A stretch of DNA of 64,000 bases from IMG/VR virus record IMGVR_UViG_2908416650_000002, positions 2,967-66,966 of that record. One strand, given 5' to 3'. The position numbers and the translations under genes were made by a program. A model generated the notes under the pieces. It was not told where the DNA came from, did not search any database, and saw only the letters and a program-made list of their open reading frames with translations. Origin of the DNA: a virus. Taxonomy: Duplodnaviria > Caudoviricetes. Shown here piece after piece: positions 56,440 through 64,000 of this stretch (its first letter is position 1; the number at the start of each line of letters is the position of its first letter).

Positions 56440-57600
56440 CTAATTCTGTTGTGGAGGTATCAGAAAAGCGCCGTTGCGAATGCCTTCGAAAGTTCCCTCG
56501 ACTAGCGGGTGGCCGTTGTCGTCGAATAGCTTATGAAGCACTGAAAGTGCGATTAAAGTGTTGTTTGCATTGTCTAGAAACTGCCAGTTGCAGTCGTTAA
56601 TTTTGCATCCCTGAAGAACTATGCCCGTTAGTCCCCTGTAAAAAAGTGTGCAATTAGTAAAGGAGCAATCTTTGTATGCGTTGTAGTCAAGCTCAATTGT
56701 TTCATGAATAAATTCTTGATTTTCAAATTTCATTTTGTTGTTCCTTTCTTTTTCAATTATCCAATCAGTTTCGGAAATGGTAGGGCCTTTATATCTGTCT
56801 ATATATCTTGGTGTATTGGTAAGCTTAAAAAATCCTGAGTAAGTTTTTGATGGGTGGCTCTTGCCTAATATTAACCCTGCGTTGCAATTTATTGAGCGAT
56901 TTTGCTCTATGGTAATTTGATTGTTGGTGATTATTACTTTGGTGGGCTTGATTAAAAGTTCGATGCCGTTTCGAAGCAAGCGACCACTATTAATTTTAAT
57001 CTTGTTTGGAGGGGAGAACTCAATATTTAGTAGGATTATTCCATGTCCTTCCCTTATCGTGAGATTGGTACCTATGAGTTCGATATCCCAAGGGGAGGTT
57101 GAGTACACTAGCTCGTTTTCAACTATTTGAGCTGCAATTTTGTTCTGTTCGTCAAAAAATGTGAGGTTGAGTAACAGGTGTTTATCCTGCACCTTCATTT
57201 GAATTAGCGGAAAACCATCAACGACGATGGCATTCAATTCGGCTCCGTCCTCGAGATTCTCGCAAACAAATGAATTACTGCCTACCCAAACCTCAGCCCT
57301 ACTTCCTGAAAAGTGTAGATTGTATTTTCTCGACTTTTCATTCTGCAGGTTGATGGGGTTCTTGTTGAATTTTCTAACATCTGCCTTTGGCAGTAGATGT
57401 GCTGTTTTTTCTCGGTGATGCCGGTCACAAAGAAGTGTAATTTCATCAGCTACATGGCGCTTAACAACAGCCCATTCTTCCATATGTTCATATTCATACA
57501 GCGGTAACCCACATATAACACAGCCGAAACCGCAGCGCTGACGAACCTCTCTCTTTATGTGTGATGGAATTTTCTCTCGGCCAATAGCTTTGTTTTTCAT
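56440..57600 (-). CDS. AT-rich HNH endonuclease moron with extra C-terminal domain
   Basis: EVRQRCGFGCVICG...EH...LLCDRHH motif. Confidence 0.8.
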   Translation of the reverse strand: MKNKAIGREKIPSHIKREVRQRCGFGCVICGLPLYEYEHMEEWAVVKRHVADEITLLCDRHHREKTAHLLPKADVRKFNKNPINLQNEKSRKYNLHFSGSRAEVWVGSNSFVCENLEDGAELNAIVVDGFPLIQMKVQDKHLLLNLTFFDEQNKIAAQIVENELVYSTSPWDIELIGTNLTIREGHGIILLNIEFSPPNKIKINSGRLLRNGIELLIKPTKVIITNNQITIEQNRSINCNAGLILGKSHPSKTYSGFFKLTNTPRYIDRYKGPTISETDWIIEKERNNKMKFENQEFIHETIELDYNAYKDCSFTNCTLFYRGLTGIVLQGCKINDCNWQFLDNANNTLIALSVLHKLFDDNGHPLVEGTFEGIRNGAFLIPPQQN

Positions 57601-57826
57601 GCGACCTCCTAATTATTCTGTATTTTGTAGGAAGATATTAATTTTCTGTTCGTGCTCTGGATTTAATTAAAATTGCGAAGCTGTTTTTACAAACTGGCTG
57701 CGCATATTAGACGACGCTCAGCTTAACTCAACTCAGCGCGTAGTGGCATAATGCTTTCGCCATAGATGTTATGGCGAAGCTGGCAGGTCAAAATTGTATT
57801 CCACAGCCTAAGCGCATATTCGCGAG

Positions 57827-58510
57827 TCAGCCTTGCGTTGGCTCAATTAACTCGGGCCCTTTATTCCGCACGTTGCCCACGGCAGTATCGACCTTGAACC
57901 ATTCGAAGGCCTCGGCCGGTTCGCCCTGGTGGAGCACCATCTGTTCGGCGCGCTCCTTGGGCGTGGCCGGGTCCAACCATTCCCGGGCTAGGTCCGGCGT
58001 CAGCACCACCGGGCGCCGGTCGTGGATGTCCACCATTCCGCCGGCGCTGTCGGCGGTGATGATCACGAAGCCGTCATGCTCGCCCGTGCCTTCATCGCTG
58101 TCGGGCAGTTGGCCGATGGCGGCGCACAGCACGGGTGCACCGTCCCGCCGGCGGATCAGGTAGGGCTGCTTCTTCGGTCCGCCTTCGTCCACCCACTCAA
58201 ACCAGTTGTCTATGGGCGTGATTGCCCGGTGCGGCCAGATCGCGCGGAAGAACGGGCCGTGGGCCACCTTCTCTACGCGGGCATTGATCGGTGCAGCACG
58301 GTCCTTGGCCCAGTGCGGTCGCCATCCCCAGCGCACCAGGTCGGCATGCAGCAGATCGCCCTGCAGGTGGAGCAGGGCGACTTGGGTTGTCGGCGCGACG
58401 TTGTACCGCTCCAGGGGCAACTCACCCACGGAGTTCGCCAGTGCATTTGGCATGCTCAGCGCTGCAACGAAGTCATGAATGCCGCTGTACTGGGAAAGTC
58501 TTCCGCACAT
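57827..58510 (-). CDS. SOS response-associated peptidase (SRAP/YedK/HMCES)
   Basis: MCGR start, with YNVAPT, INARVE, FEW and IHDRRP motifs. Confidence 0.95.
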   Translation of the reverse strand: MCGRLSQYSGIHDFVAALSMPNALANSVGELPLERYNVAPTTQVALLHLQGDLLHADLVRWGWRPHWAKDRAAPINARVEKVAHGPFFRAIWPHRAITPIDNWFEWVDEGGPKKQPYLIRRRDGAPVLCAAIGQLPDSDEGTGEHDGFVIITADSAGGMVDIHDRRPVVLTPDLAREWLDPATPKERAEQMVLHQGEPAEAFEWFKVDTAVGNVRNKGPELIEPTQG

Positions 58511-58593
58511 AGTCGTCTCCGCTCGTCGGCCCCAATGAACAGCCTGGGCCAGGCCAATCTCTACACTGTAGACACTGGCCCCGGGTATTCGTC

Positions 58594-58803
58594 ATGGCAA
58601 TAAACATCGATCAGATCAACGCAATGGAGGCGTGGTTTTCCCTGCGAAACGACCCGGACTTCAACTCAGCCACACCGGAGGAGCGTTACGAGAGGCGCTT
58701 GGCGTTGGCTGACGACATGAAAGAGCGCGGCGCAATCGACAGCGGCGAGTGGCGGGAACTGACCGAAGCGGCCGTCGTCGCGTACGCAGATGAGTTGGGC
58801 TGA
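58594..58803 (+). CDS. Small acidic hypothetical protein
   Basis: 69-aa ORF between SRAP and umuD. Confidence 0.6.
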   Translation: MAINIDQINAMEAWFSLRNDPDFNSATPEERYERRLALADDMKERGAIDSGEWRELTEAAVVAYADELG

Positions 58804-58863
58804 CGCGCCCGCTTGTCAGATATCTCTTACACCAAATTGACCGCAAGCCATCTGCGATATTAA

Positions 58864-58879
58864 CTGTACATTCGTACAG
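58864..58879. promoter_or_regulatory. LexA (SOS) box upstream of umuDC
   Basis: CTGTACATTCGTACAG. Confidence 0.9.
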
Positions 58880-58899
58880 TATCTGTAAAAGGCTGCGTC

Positions 58900-59325
58900 A
58901 TGAGCTTCTCAATTTTAGGTCCTATCGCCGAGGGTGGCACGAAGCTGCCCTTTTGCTCTTTTCGGGTACCCGCCGGCTTTCCATCGCCGGCGGCCGATCA
59001 CATCGAGCAGCACATCTCATTGGATGAGGTCTTAAATATCAGGGCTCCGCACGTCTATCTGATCGCCATCACTGGCGAGAGCATGCAGGGCGCGGGTATT
59101 TTTGAGGGTGACTTGGCGGTCGTGGACCGATCTATTGAGCCGGCCCACGGGCACGTGGTCGTGGCGCTGCTGAACAATGACCCCATCTGCAAACGCCTGT
59201 GTAAGCGCGGGAAAGAGGTGATCCTTCTGTCGGAGAACCCGAAATACCCGGCGCGGTACATTTTGGAGGGCGACGAGCTGTCGATCTGGGGCGTAATCAC
59301 CAGCACCGTGCGCAGCCATGTCTGA
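58900..59325 (+). CDS. umuD: UmuD/RulA, Pol V subunit
   Basis: VPAGFPSPA, GESM and CKRL motifs. Confidence 0.93.
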   Translation: MSFSILGPIAEGGTKLPFCSFRVPAGFPSPAADHIEQHISLDEVLNIRAPHVYLIAITGESMQGAGIFEGDLAVVDRSIEPAHGHVVVALLNNDPICKRLCKRGKEVILLSENPKYPARYILEGDELSIWGVITSTVRSHV

Positions 59326-60595
59326 GTCGCCACCTGTCTTTGCGCTAATCGACTGCAACAGCTTTTATGCAAGCTGCGAGCGTGTGTTCCGCCCCGACTT
59401 GGCGAAGGTGCCCATTGTGGTGCTCAGCAACAACGACGGCTGTGTCATCGCCCGAAGTTACGACGCAAAGCCTTTCATTAAGATGGGCGAGCCGTATTTC
59501 CAGATCAAGCACAAGCTCAAGCAGCACGGCATTGTCCCATTTTCCTCAAATTACGCCCTGTACGGGGACATGAGTGAGCGGGTCATGACGCTGATCGAGA
59601 GCATAGTGCCCGCCGTCGAGATCTACAGCATTGATGAGGCCTTCGCCGACCTGACCGGTATTGGTGGCCTGGATGTCCTCGGGCGCCAGATCCGCGCACG
59701 GGTCTTTCAGTGCACTGGAATCCCGGTGGGCGTCGGAATCGCCCATACAAAGACCTTGGCCAAGCTGGCCAACCACACAGCGAAGCACCTGCAGGCCCAG
59801 ACCGGCGGCGTGGTGAATATCACCGACCCGGTAAAGCGTGACTGGGTATTGCGCAACACCGACGTTTCGGAGGTGTGGGGTGTCGGCAGAAAGATGAAAC
59901 TTCACCTGGACACCATGGGCATCAAGACAGCGATGGACTTGGCCAAGGCCGACCCCTGGACGCTCCGCAAAAAATTCAGCGTGGTAATCGAGAAGACCGC
60001 CCGCGAACTGGCCGGCACCTCATGCCTGGAGCTGGACGAGCCCGACCCACCCAAGCAGGAAATCTGCTGTAGCCGGATGTTCGGAAAGCGCCTGACCGAG
60101 CTGCCGCCGATCAAGGAGGCGGTGGCTACCTACATGATGCGTGCCTCTGAAAAGCTGCGAGCCCAAAACTCGCTGTGCAAAAAGGTCCGTGTCTGCATCC
60201 GCACAGGCATGTTTAACCCCGAAGAAGCCAAGTATGCCAATGGGGTAGTGGTGGACATGCCGTACCCGACCGACGACGTGCGGCTGCTGACCAAAGCAGC
60301 CGTCGATGCGCTCGACCACATCTACCGCCCAGGATTCAAATACAGCAAGGCCGAGGTGATGTTGCTCAATCTGTGCCAGCCAGGCGAATACACAGACGAT
60401 CTATTTGCGGTGTCTCAGCCAGAGGAGGCCACCCGGGTGATGACCGTGCTGGACCAGATCAACGACAGGTGGGGAAGAGGAACGCTGCGGTCGGCCAGTG
60501 TGCCGACGAACCCCGACTGGGGGATGCGCCGGGAAATGATGAGCCAGAGCTACACCACGAAGCTCGATCAGCTGTGGTCGGTTGCTTGCAAGTAG
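59318..60595 (+). CDS. umuC: UmuC/RulB Y-family DNA polymerase
   Basis: DCNSFYASCE, LSNNDGC, YSIDE and KTLAKLAN motifs. Confidence 0.95.
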   Translation: MSESPPVFALIDCNSFYASCERVFRPDLAKVPIVVLSNNDGCVIARSYDAKPFIKMGEPYFQIKHKLKQHGIVPFSSNYALYGDMSERVMTLIESIVPAVEIYSIDEAFADLTGIGGLDVLGRQIRARVFQCTGIPVGVGIAHTKTLAKLANHTAKHLQAQTGGVVNITDPVKRDWVLRNTDVSEVWGVGRKMKLHLDTMGIKTAMDLAKADPWTLRKKFSVVIEKTARELAGTSCLELDEPDPPKQEICCSRMFGKRLTELPPIKEAVATYMMRASEKLRAQNSLCKKVRVCIRTGMFNPEEAKYANGVVVDMPYPTDDVRLLTKAAVDALDHIYRPGFKYSKAEVMLLNLCQPGEYTDDLFAVSQPEEATRVMTVLDQINDRWGRGTLRSASVPTNPDWGMRREMMSQSYTTKLDQLWSVACK

Positions 60596-60620
60596 TGAAG
60601 CGCTCAGCGCCAGATCAACT

Positions 60621-60830
60621 TCACTCGGGCGACATGAGGACGGCCAGGATCAGCTTTATGAACTCTTCATTCTCGTCGATGGTGTGCAGAGCGCCGCGCA
60701 CGTTCTCGGCTACATCGGCGGAACCACGCTGCTCGACCCAGTTAGATAGCTCCATGATGGAGGCTTCGAGGGCCAGCTGGTTTTCGTAGAGCTTGGAGAG
60801 CAGGGAAGGGAGCAGGTCTGAGTTGGGCAT
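60621..60830 (-). CDS. Small hypothetical protein
   Basis: GAGG RBS, begins MPNSDLLPSLL. Confidence 0.6.
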   Translation of the reverse strand: MPNSDLLPSLLSKLYENQLALEASIMELSNWVEQRGSADVAENVRGALHTIDENEEFIKLILAVLMSPE

Positions 60831-61043
60831 CGGCGTTCCTCTGGTGGAGTGAACAGCGTAGCAGCAGGCGAACTATGCTTTACCTTCTAAGCTCCATGGC
60901 CATACGACGGGCGGCTACGATGCGTGAACCACGTCTCAAAAACTAAACTAACATGTACTAACTTGAACGTTTTTACATTTAGGGTCCCTAAGCCACATCG
61001 CCGCGCCGAAAGGCCTCTATCCATTGGTTTAAAGGGTCACCTG

Positions 61044-61298
61044 ATGATCTCTACCTTAGAGTTACGCCATATAATTGAGACGGCGTTCCTTCCCACCAGG
61101 TGCGTGTGCTCGATCAGGTATGACTCACTCAACATTCAGCTGATCGACCCTATGACTCAGCAGGAATTGTTGACGGTCGCCGGGGTTGATCCAAAAACGT
61201 TGGGATCAAGCCGCGCAATCGCCAGGCTCGTTGCGGAGATAAAAGAAGAGGTCAGACTTCGAGGGGATGCTGCGCTGGAGGAAGTTGGCCAAGCCTGA
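61044..61298 (+). CDS. DUF1652-like protein
   Basis: MISTLELRHIIE.AFLP..C.C...SSRAIA.LV motif. Confidence 0.7.
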   Translation: MISTLELRHIIETAFLPTRCVCSIRYDSLNIQLIDPMTQQELLTVAGVDPKTLGSSRAIARLVAEIKEEVRLRGDAALEEVGQA

Positions 61299-61366
61299 AA
61301 AGGCAGCCCGCTCTTGTTCAGAGTTTTTGGGTATGTGTTCGATCGGCAGGACGCCGGGGAGGGGTT

Positions 61367-61449
61367 AATTCCTTTCCGCAAAAAAATGCCGGCCCTTGAA
61401 TTTGCTGGGCTGTAGAGGGTCATTTTTATCTCTGATGCGGAAAGGAATT
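61367..61449. promoter_or_regulatory. Putative integrase arm-type sites (14-bp inverted repeat)
   Basis: AATTCCTTTCCGCA at 61367..61380 and TGCGGAAAGGAATT at 61436..61449. Confidence 0.65.
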
Positions 61450-61484
61450 TCTTCTATGTCTATGTATTTAAAGGATTAGTTTCC

Positions 61485-61543
61485 GGACTTAAAATCCCCC
61501 GCTCGTAAGGGCGTGCCGGTTCGATTCCGGCTTCGGGCACCAT
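61485..61543 (+). repeat. attR core (duplicated 3' part of tRNA-Leu)
   Basis: Identical to 2849..2907. Confidence 0.96.
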
Positions 61544-61707
61544 CTAAAACCAAGGGTTTGCGGGCGAAAGCTGATGCAAGCCCTTGTTTGTTTCCGGTCG
61601 GCAATTGTTCAACAGGTCCGCAATCCACTTCGTTTGCGAGGCTTCCTTGCCTTCTGCGTTGCAGATGCACCGCCCGGTCATCGCAACAGTACTGCGCTAC
61701 CTCAACC

Positions 61708-62535
61708 TCAGTTCTTCGCGCGGTTCAATAGAAATTCGTACCGGCGCTTATCGATAAAGATCGAATAACGTAATCCTCCGTCGCCGCTCGGCTGAAGAAT
61801 GCTGTGGGTCTTGGATTTATGGAAAGGGTGGCTGTAAAGAGAGGGAAGGTCTGAATAGGCATAGCTTTCAAAATGCAGTTCGTCGCCTACCCAATGCACC
61901 TCGTTGTACAGGAAGTGCCAGTTTTTGCTGGAAGCCATGTAGAGGTAGGCACTGCCGTTGGGACCCATGATGACTTCTACCTCCAGCTCACCTTTGTCAT
62001 TTGCCCACTTGCCAATATATTGCTCCATACCGGAGTGGGCAGGTATCCCGGGATCCGCTACAAAATCACTGGCCTTGAAAGGGGTTTTGCGCGCAGCTTC
62101 AGCGGCGGCGTTTGGATAAAGGGCACACAGCGGTGCGACGTTACTGACTTTTACGTAGTTGAAGGTCAGGCTCGTATCCGAAACATCCATGCTCAGCGTC
62201 ATGGTCTGCGGGTCGAATGCCAGGACCTTCAGGTCGAAGTTGTCTGAAGGTGATTTGAGATGGATGACCTTTCCATCGTCGGACACCTTGAAGTCGCTCA
62301 CTTCCTTTTCCTGGTGCTTCCCGGGTTCAGCGCAGTTGAATGGATGCAAGGTGGCTTTGGCATCAGCGCTGTATTCGACCACGTTGGCAATTCCGTTGCG
62401 CAGAGGAACCATGGCCCAGATGCCAACTACGTTATCTTGAGTCGCCAGCGCGTGCGTCGAAGGCTTGGCGCCATGGTTGGCACACCCGGTCATCATCAAG
62501 GTGGCCAGGGAAATTGTCAGAACGTTGATCCGCAT
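61708..62535 (-). CDS. Host lipoprotein of unknown function
   Basis: MRINVLTISLATLMMTGC lipobox. Confidence 0.75.
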   Translation of the reverse strand: MRINVLTISLATLMMTGCANHGAKPSTHALATQDNVVGIWAMVPLRNGIANVVEYSADAKATLHPFNCAEPGKHQEKEVSDFKVSDDGKVIHLKSPSDNFDLKVLAFDPQTMTLSMDVSDTSLTFNYVKVSNVAPLCALYPNAAAEAARKTPFKASDFVADPGIPAHSGMEQYIGKWANDKGELEVEVIMGPNGSAYLYMASSKNWHFLYNEVHWVGDELHFESYAYSDLPSLYSHPFHKSKTHSILQPSGDGGLRYSIFIDKRRYEFLLNRAKN

Positions 62536-62617
62536 CGGGCTTATCCATAAGAGTGTTCGCATTGATCCATCTGTCGCGGTTGGCGACCTTCTGGCAGGCA
62601 AGCATCATAAGGGATCG

Positions 62618-62752
62618 TTACGCCACAGTGCAGACCCAGAGGTGATTCTGCCGATAGGGCGCGCGGGTGAAGTGAACATCTGAAACCAGATGCATGCCTC
62701 GCTCTTGCAGGGCTTCGGTCAGTTGTACGAGTGTCTCTGCCTGGATAGTCAT
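62618..62752 (-). CDS. 44-aa small protein (below the ORF track cutoff)
   Basis: GAGG RBS, MTIQAETLVQLTEALQERGMHLVSDVHFTRAPYRQNHLWVCTVA. Confidence 0.5.
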   Translation of the reverse strand: MTIQAETLVQLTEALQERGMHLVSDVHFTRAPYRQNHLWVCTVA

Positions 62753-62971
62753 TGCTGTTACCTCGTCAGATTTACTGCGTTCATAATTCTTGACCGGCCG
62801 GGCAACTGGCTAATTCAAATTTTCTACAACGTTGATTGACGTGTGGTTGCTTCAGTTCTTTTGCTCCCGATCCCAGGATAAGCGCGACCTGAAAATACGC
62901 GGGCAGTGGTGCTCACGCACTCGAGGTGACCTACAGTGAAACATCGCGCCGGTATGACATGAGGAGATCCT

Positions 62972-64000
62972 ATGTCCACTTTCAAGCTGACTTCGCGCAT
63001 CTTCAGTACGCCCCGTCACACAACGCATTATCTGGAATCGGGACCTGCCGATGGGGCATTGATGATGTTCCTGCATGGCTGGCCCGAACTCGGTTTGATC
63101 TGGCGTGCACAGATGGAAGCGTTCGCTGCCCAAGGCTGGCACTGCGTCGCACCCGACATGCGCGGCTATGGCGGCTCTTCGGCGCCGGCCGCGATCAATG
63201 CGTACACGATTGAAAACATCGTGGCAGACATGACAGAGCTGCATGACCATCTCGGTGGAACGCCCGCCATCTGGGTGGGCCACGATTGGGGCAGCGTCGT
63301 GGCCGGTGAACTGGTCGCCCATGAACCTTGGCGCAGCCGCGGCGTTGTGCTGGTTTCGGTTCCGTACTTTCCTTCCACGAACGCGCTGGCGACGCTCATA
63401 CCGCTGGTTGACCGAGGGATTTACCCGGTCGACCAGTATCCAGACGGCCAATGGGACTATTACCGCTACTACAACACGCATTTTGCGTCCGCCGTGGCTG
63501 ATCTTGACGCGGACAAAGCAGCATCGCTGGCGTCGATTTATCGAAGAGGCGACCCTGCAAGCATCGCCAGGGTCGCCTCCAATGCCGAAGTGACCCGCAA
63601 AGGCGGGCGGTTTGGCGAAGCGCACCGGGCTCCCCCGACCCCACCAGACTCGGCGCTCTGGCCCGAGACGGACTTCGCGGCACTGGTGCGCACGTTCGAG
63701 GAGCATGGTTTCCGCACGCCCTGCGCGTGGTATCTGAACGACGATGCCAACATCGAATACGCCCATCGCGCACCCAATGGCGGCCGCCTGTCCATGCCCG
63801 TCCTGTTTGTGAACGGTGATTACGACCCGATGAATACCATCAACGGCAATCAGTTGGGCGATCCAATGCGCGCGGCCTGCGCAGACCTCACAGTGACGAG
63901 CCTGCCTGGCGGGCATTGGCTGCCGGTGGAGTGCAAGACCGAACTCGTTGCGGCCATAAGTCGCTGGCTGATGCTCGCGAAATTCGTGCCCCATCAGTAA
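62972..64000 (+). CDS. Alpha/beta hydrolase, epoxide hydrolase-like
   Basis: HGWPE, PDMRGYG, GHDWG nucleophile and GHW motifs. Confidence 0.92.
   Translation: MSTFKLTSRIFSTPRHTTHYLESGPADGALMMFLHGWPELGLIWRAQMEAFAAQGWHCVAPDMRGYGGSSAPAAINAYTIENIVADMTELHDHLGGTPAIWVGHDWGSVVAGELVAHEPWRSRGVVLVSVPYFPSTNALATLIPLVDRGIYPVDQYPDGQWDYYRYYNTHFASAVADLDADKAASLASIYRRGDPASIARVASNAEVTRKGGRFGEAHRAPPTPPDSALWPETDFAALVRTFEEHGFRTPCAWYLNDDANIEYAHRAPNGGRLSMPVLFVNGDYDPMNTINGNQLGDPMRAACADLTVTSLPGGHWLPVECKTELVAAISRWLMLAKFVPHQ

Larger units (their letters stand above)
2849..61543. mobile_element. Complete lambdoid (siphovirus-type) prophage
   Basis: 59-bp direct repeats at both ends, integrase beside attL, and full immunity, replication, head, tail and lysis modules with no obvious frameshifts in core genes. 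Confidence 0.96.

Noticed and set aside
61485-61543. Second tRNA-Leu gene
   Set aside because: It lacks the 5' acceptor strand and D arm, so it is the attR duplication.
1-64000. CRISPR array, IS element or rRNA
   Set aside because: I saw no regularly spaced repeats, transposase motifs or rRNA-like sequence.

Overview
Almost the whole window (2849..61543, ~58.7 kb) is one apparently intact lambdoid siphovirus prophage. It is integrated in the 3' part of a tRNA-Leu(UAA) gene and bounded by 59-bp direct repeats. The host is probably a Pseudomonas (inferred from gene families and high GC, not verified). The modules follow lambda order: integrase/xis, leftward early genes with a Rad52/Sak-like recombinase and Gp157, an immunity region (cI, cro, three OL and three OR operators, boxA), replication (O, DnaC-like), ninG and Q, head, lambda-type tail (G/G-T frameshift, H, M, L, K, I, J), tail fibre, GH19 endolysin and spanins, then a SRAP gene and LexA-boxed umuDC. 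The phage carries many accessory genes (morons), mostly AT-richer and often opposite in orientation. They include a lipoprotein non-specific nuclease, an SRA-HNH modification-dependent restriction-like enzyme sitting next to a destroyed remnant of a phage C5 DNA methyltransferase, membrane proteins, a rexAB-positioned gene pair, a GhoS-like gene, a CsrA/RsmA homologue, two divergent HEPN-like genes and an HNH gene with a probable internal start. The host flanks encode a coiled-coil protein, a LysE transporter, a lipoprotein and an epoxide-hydrolase-like enzyme. All family assignments come from motif recognition by eye, and no database searches were run.
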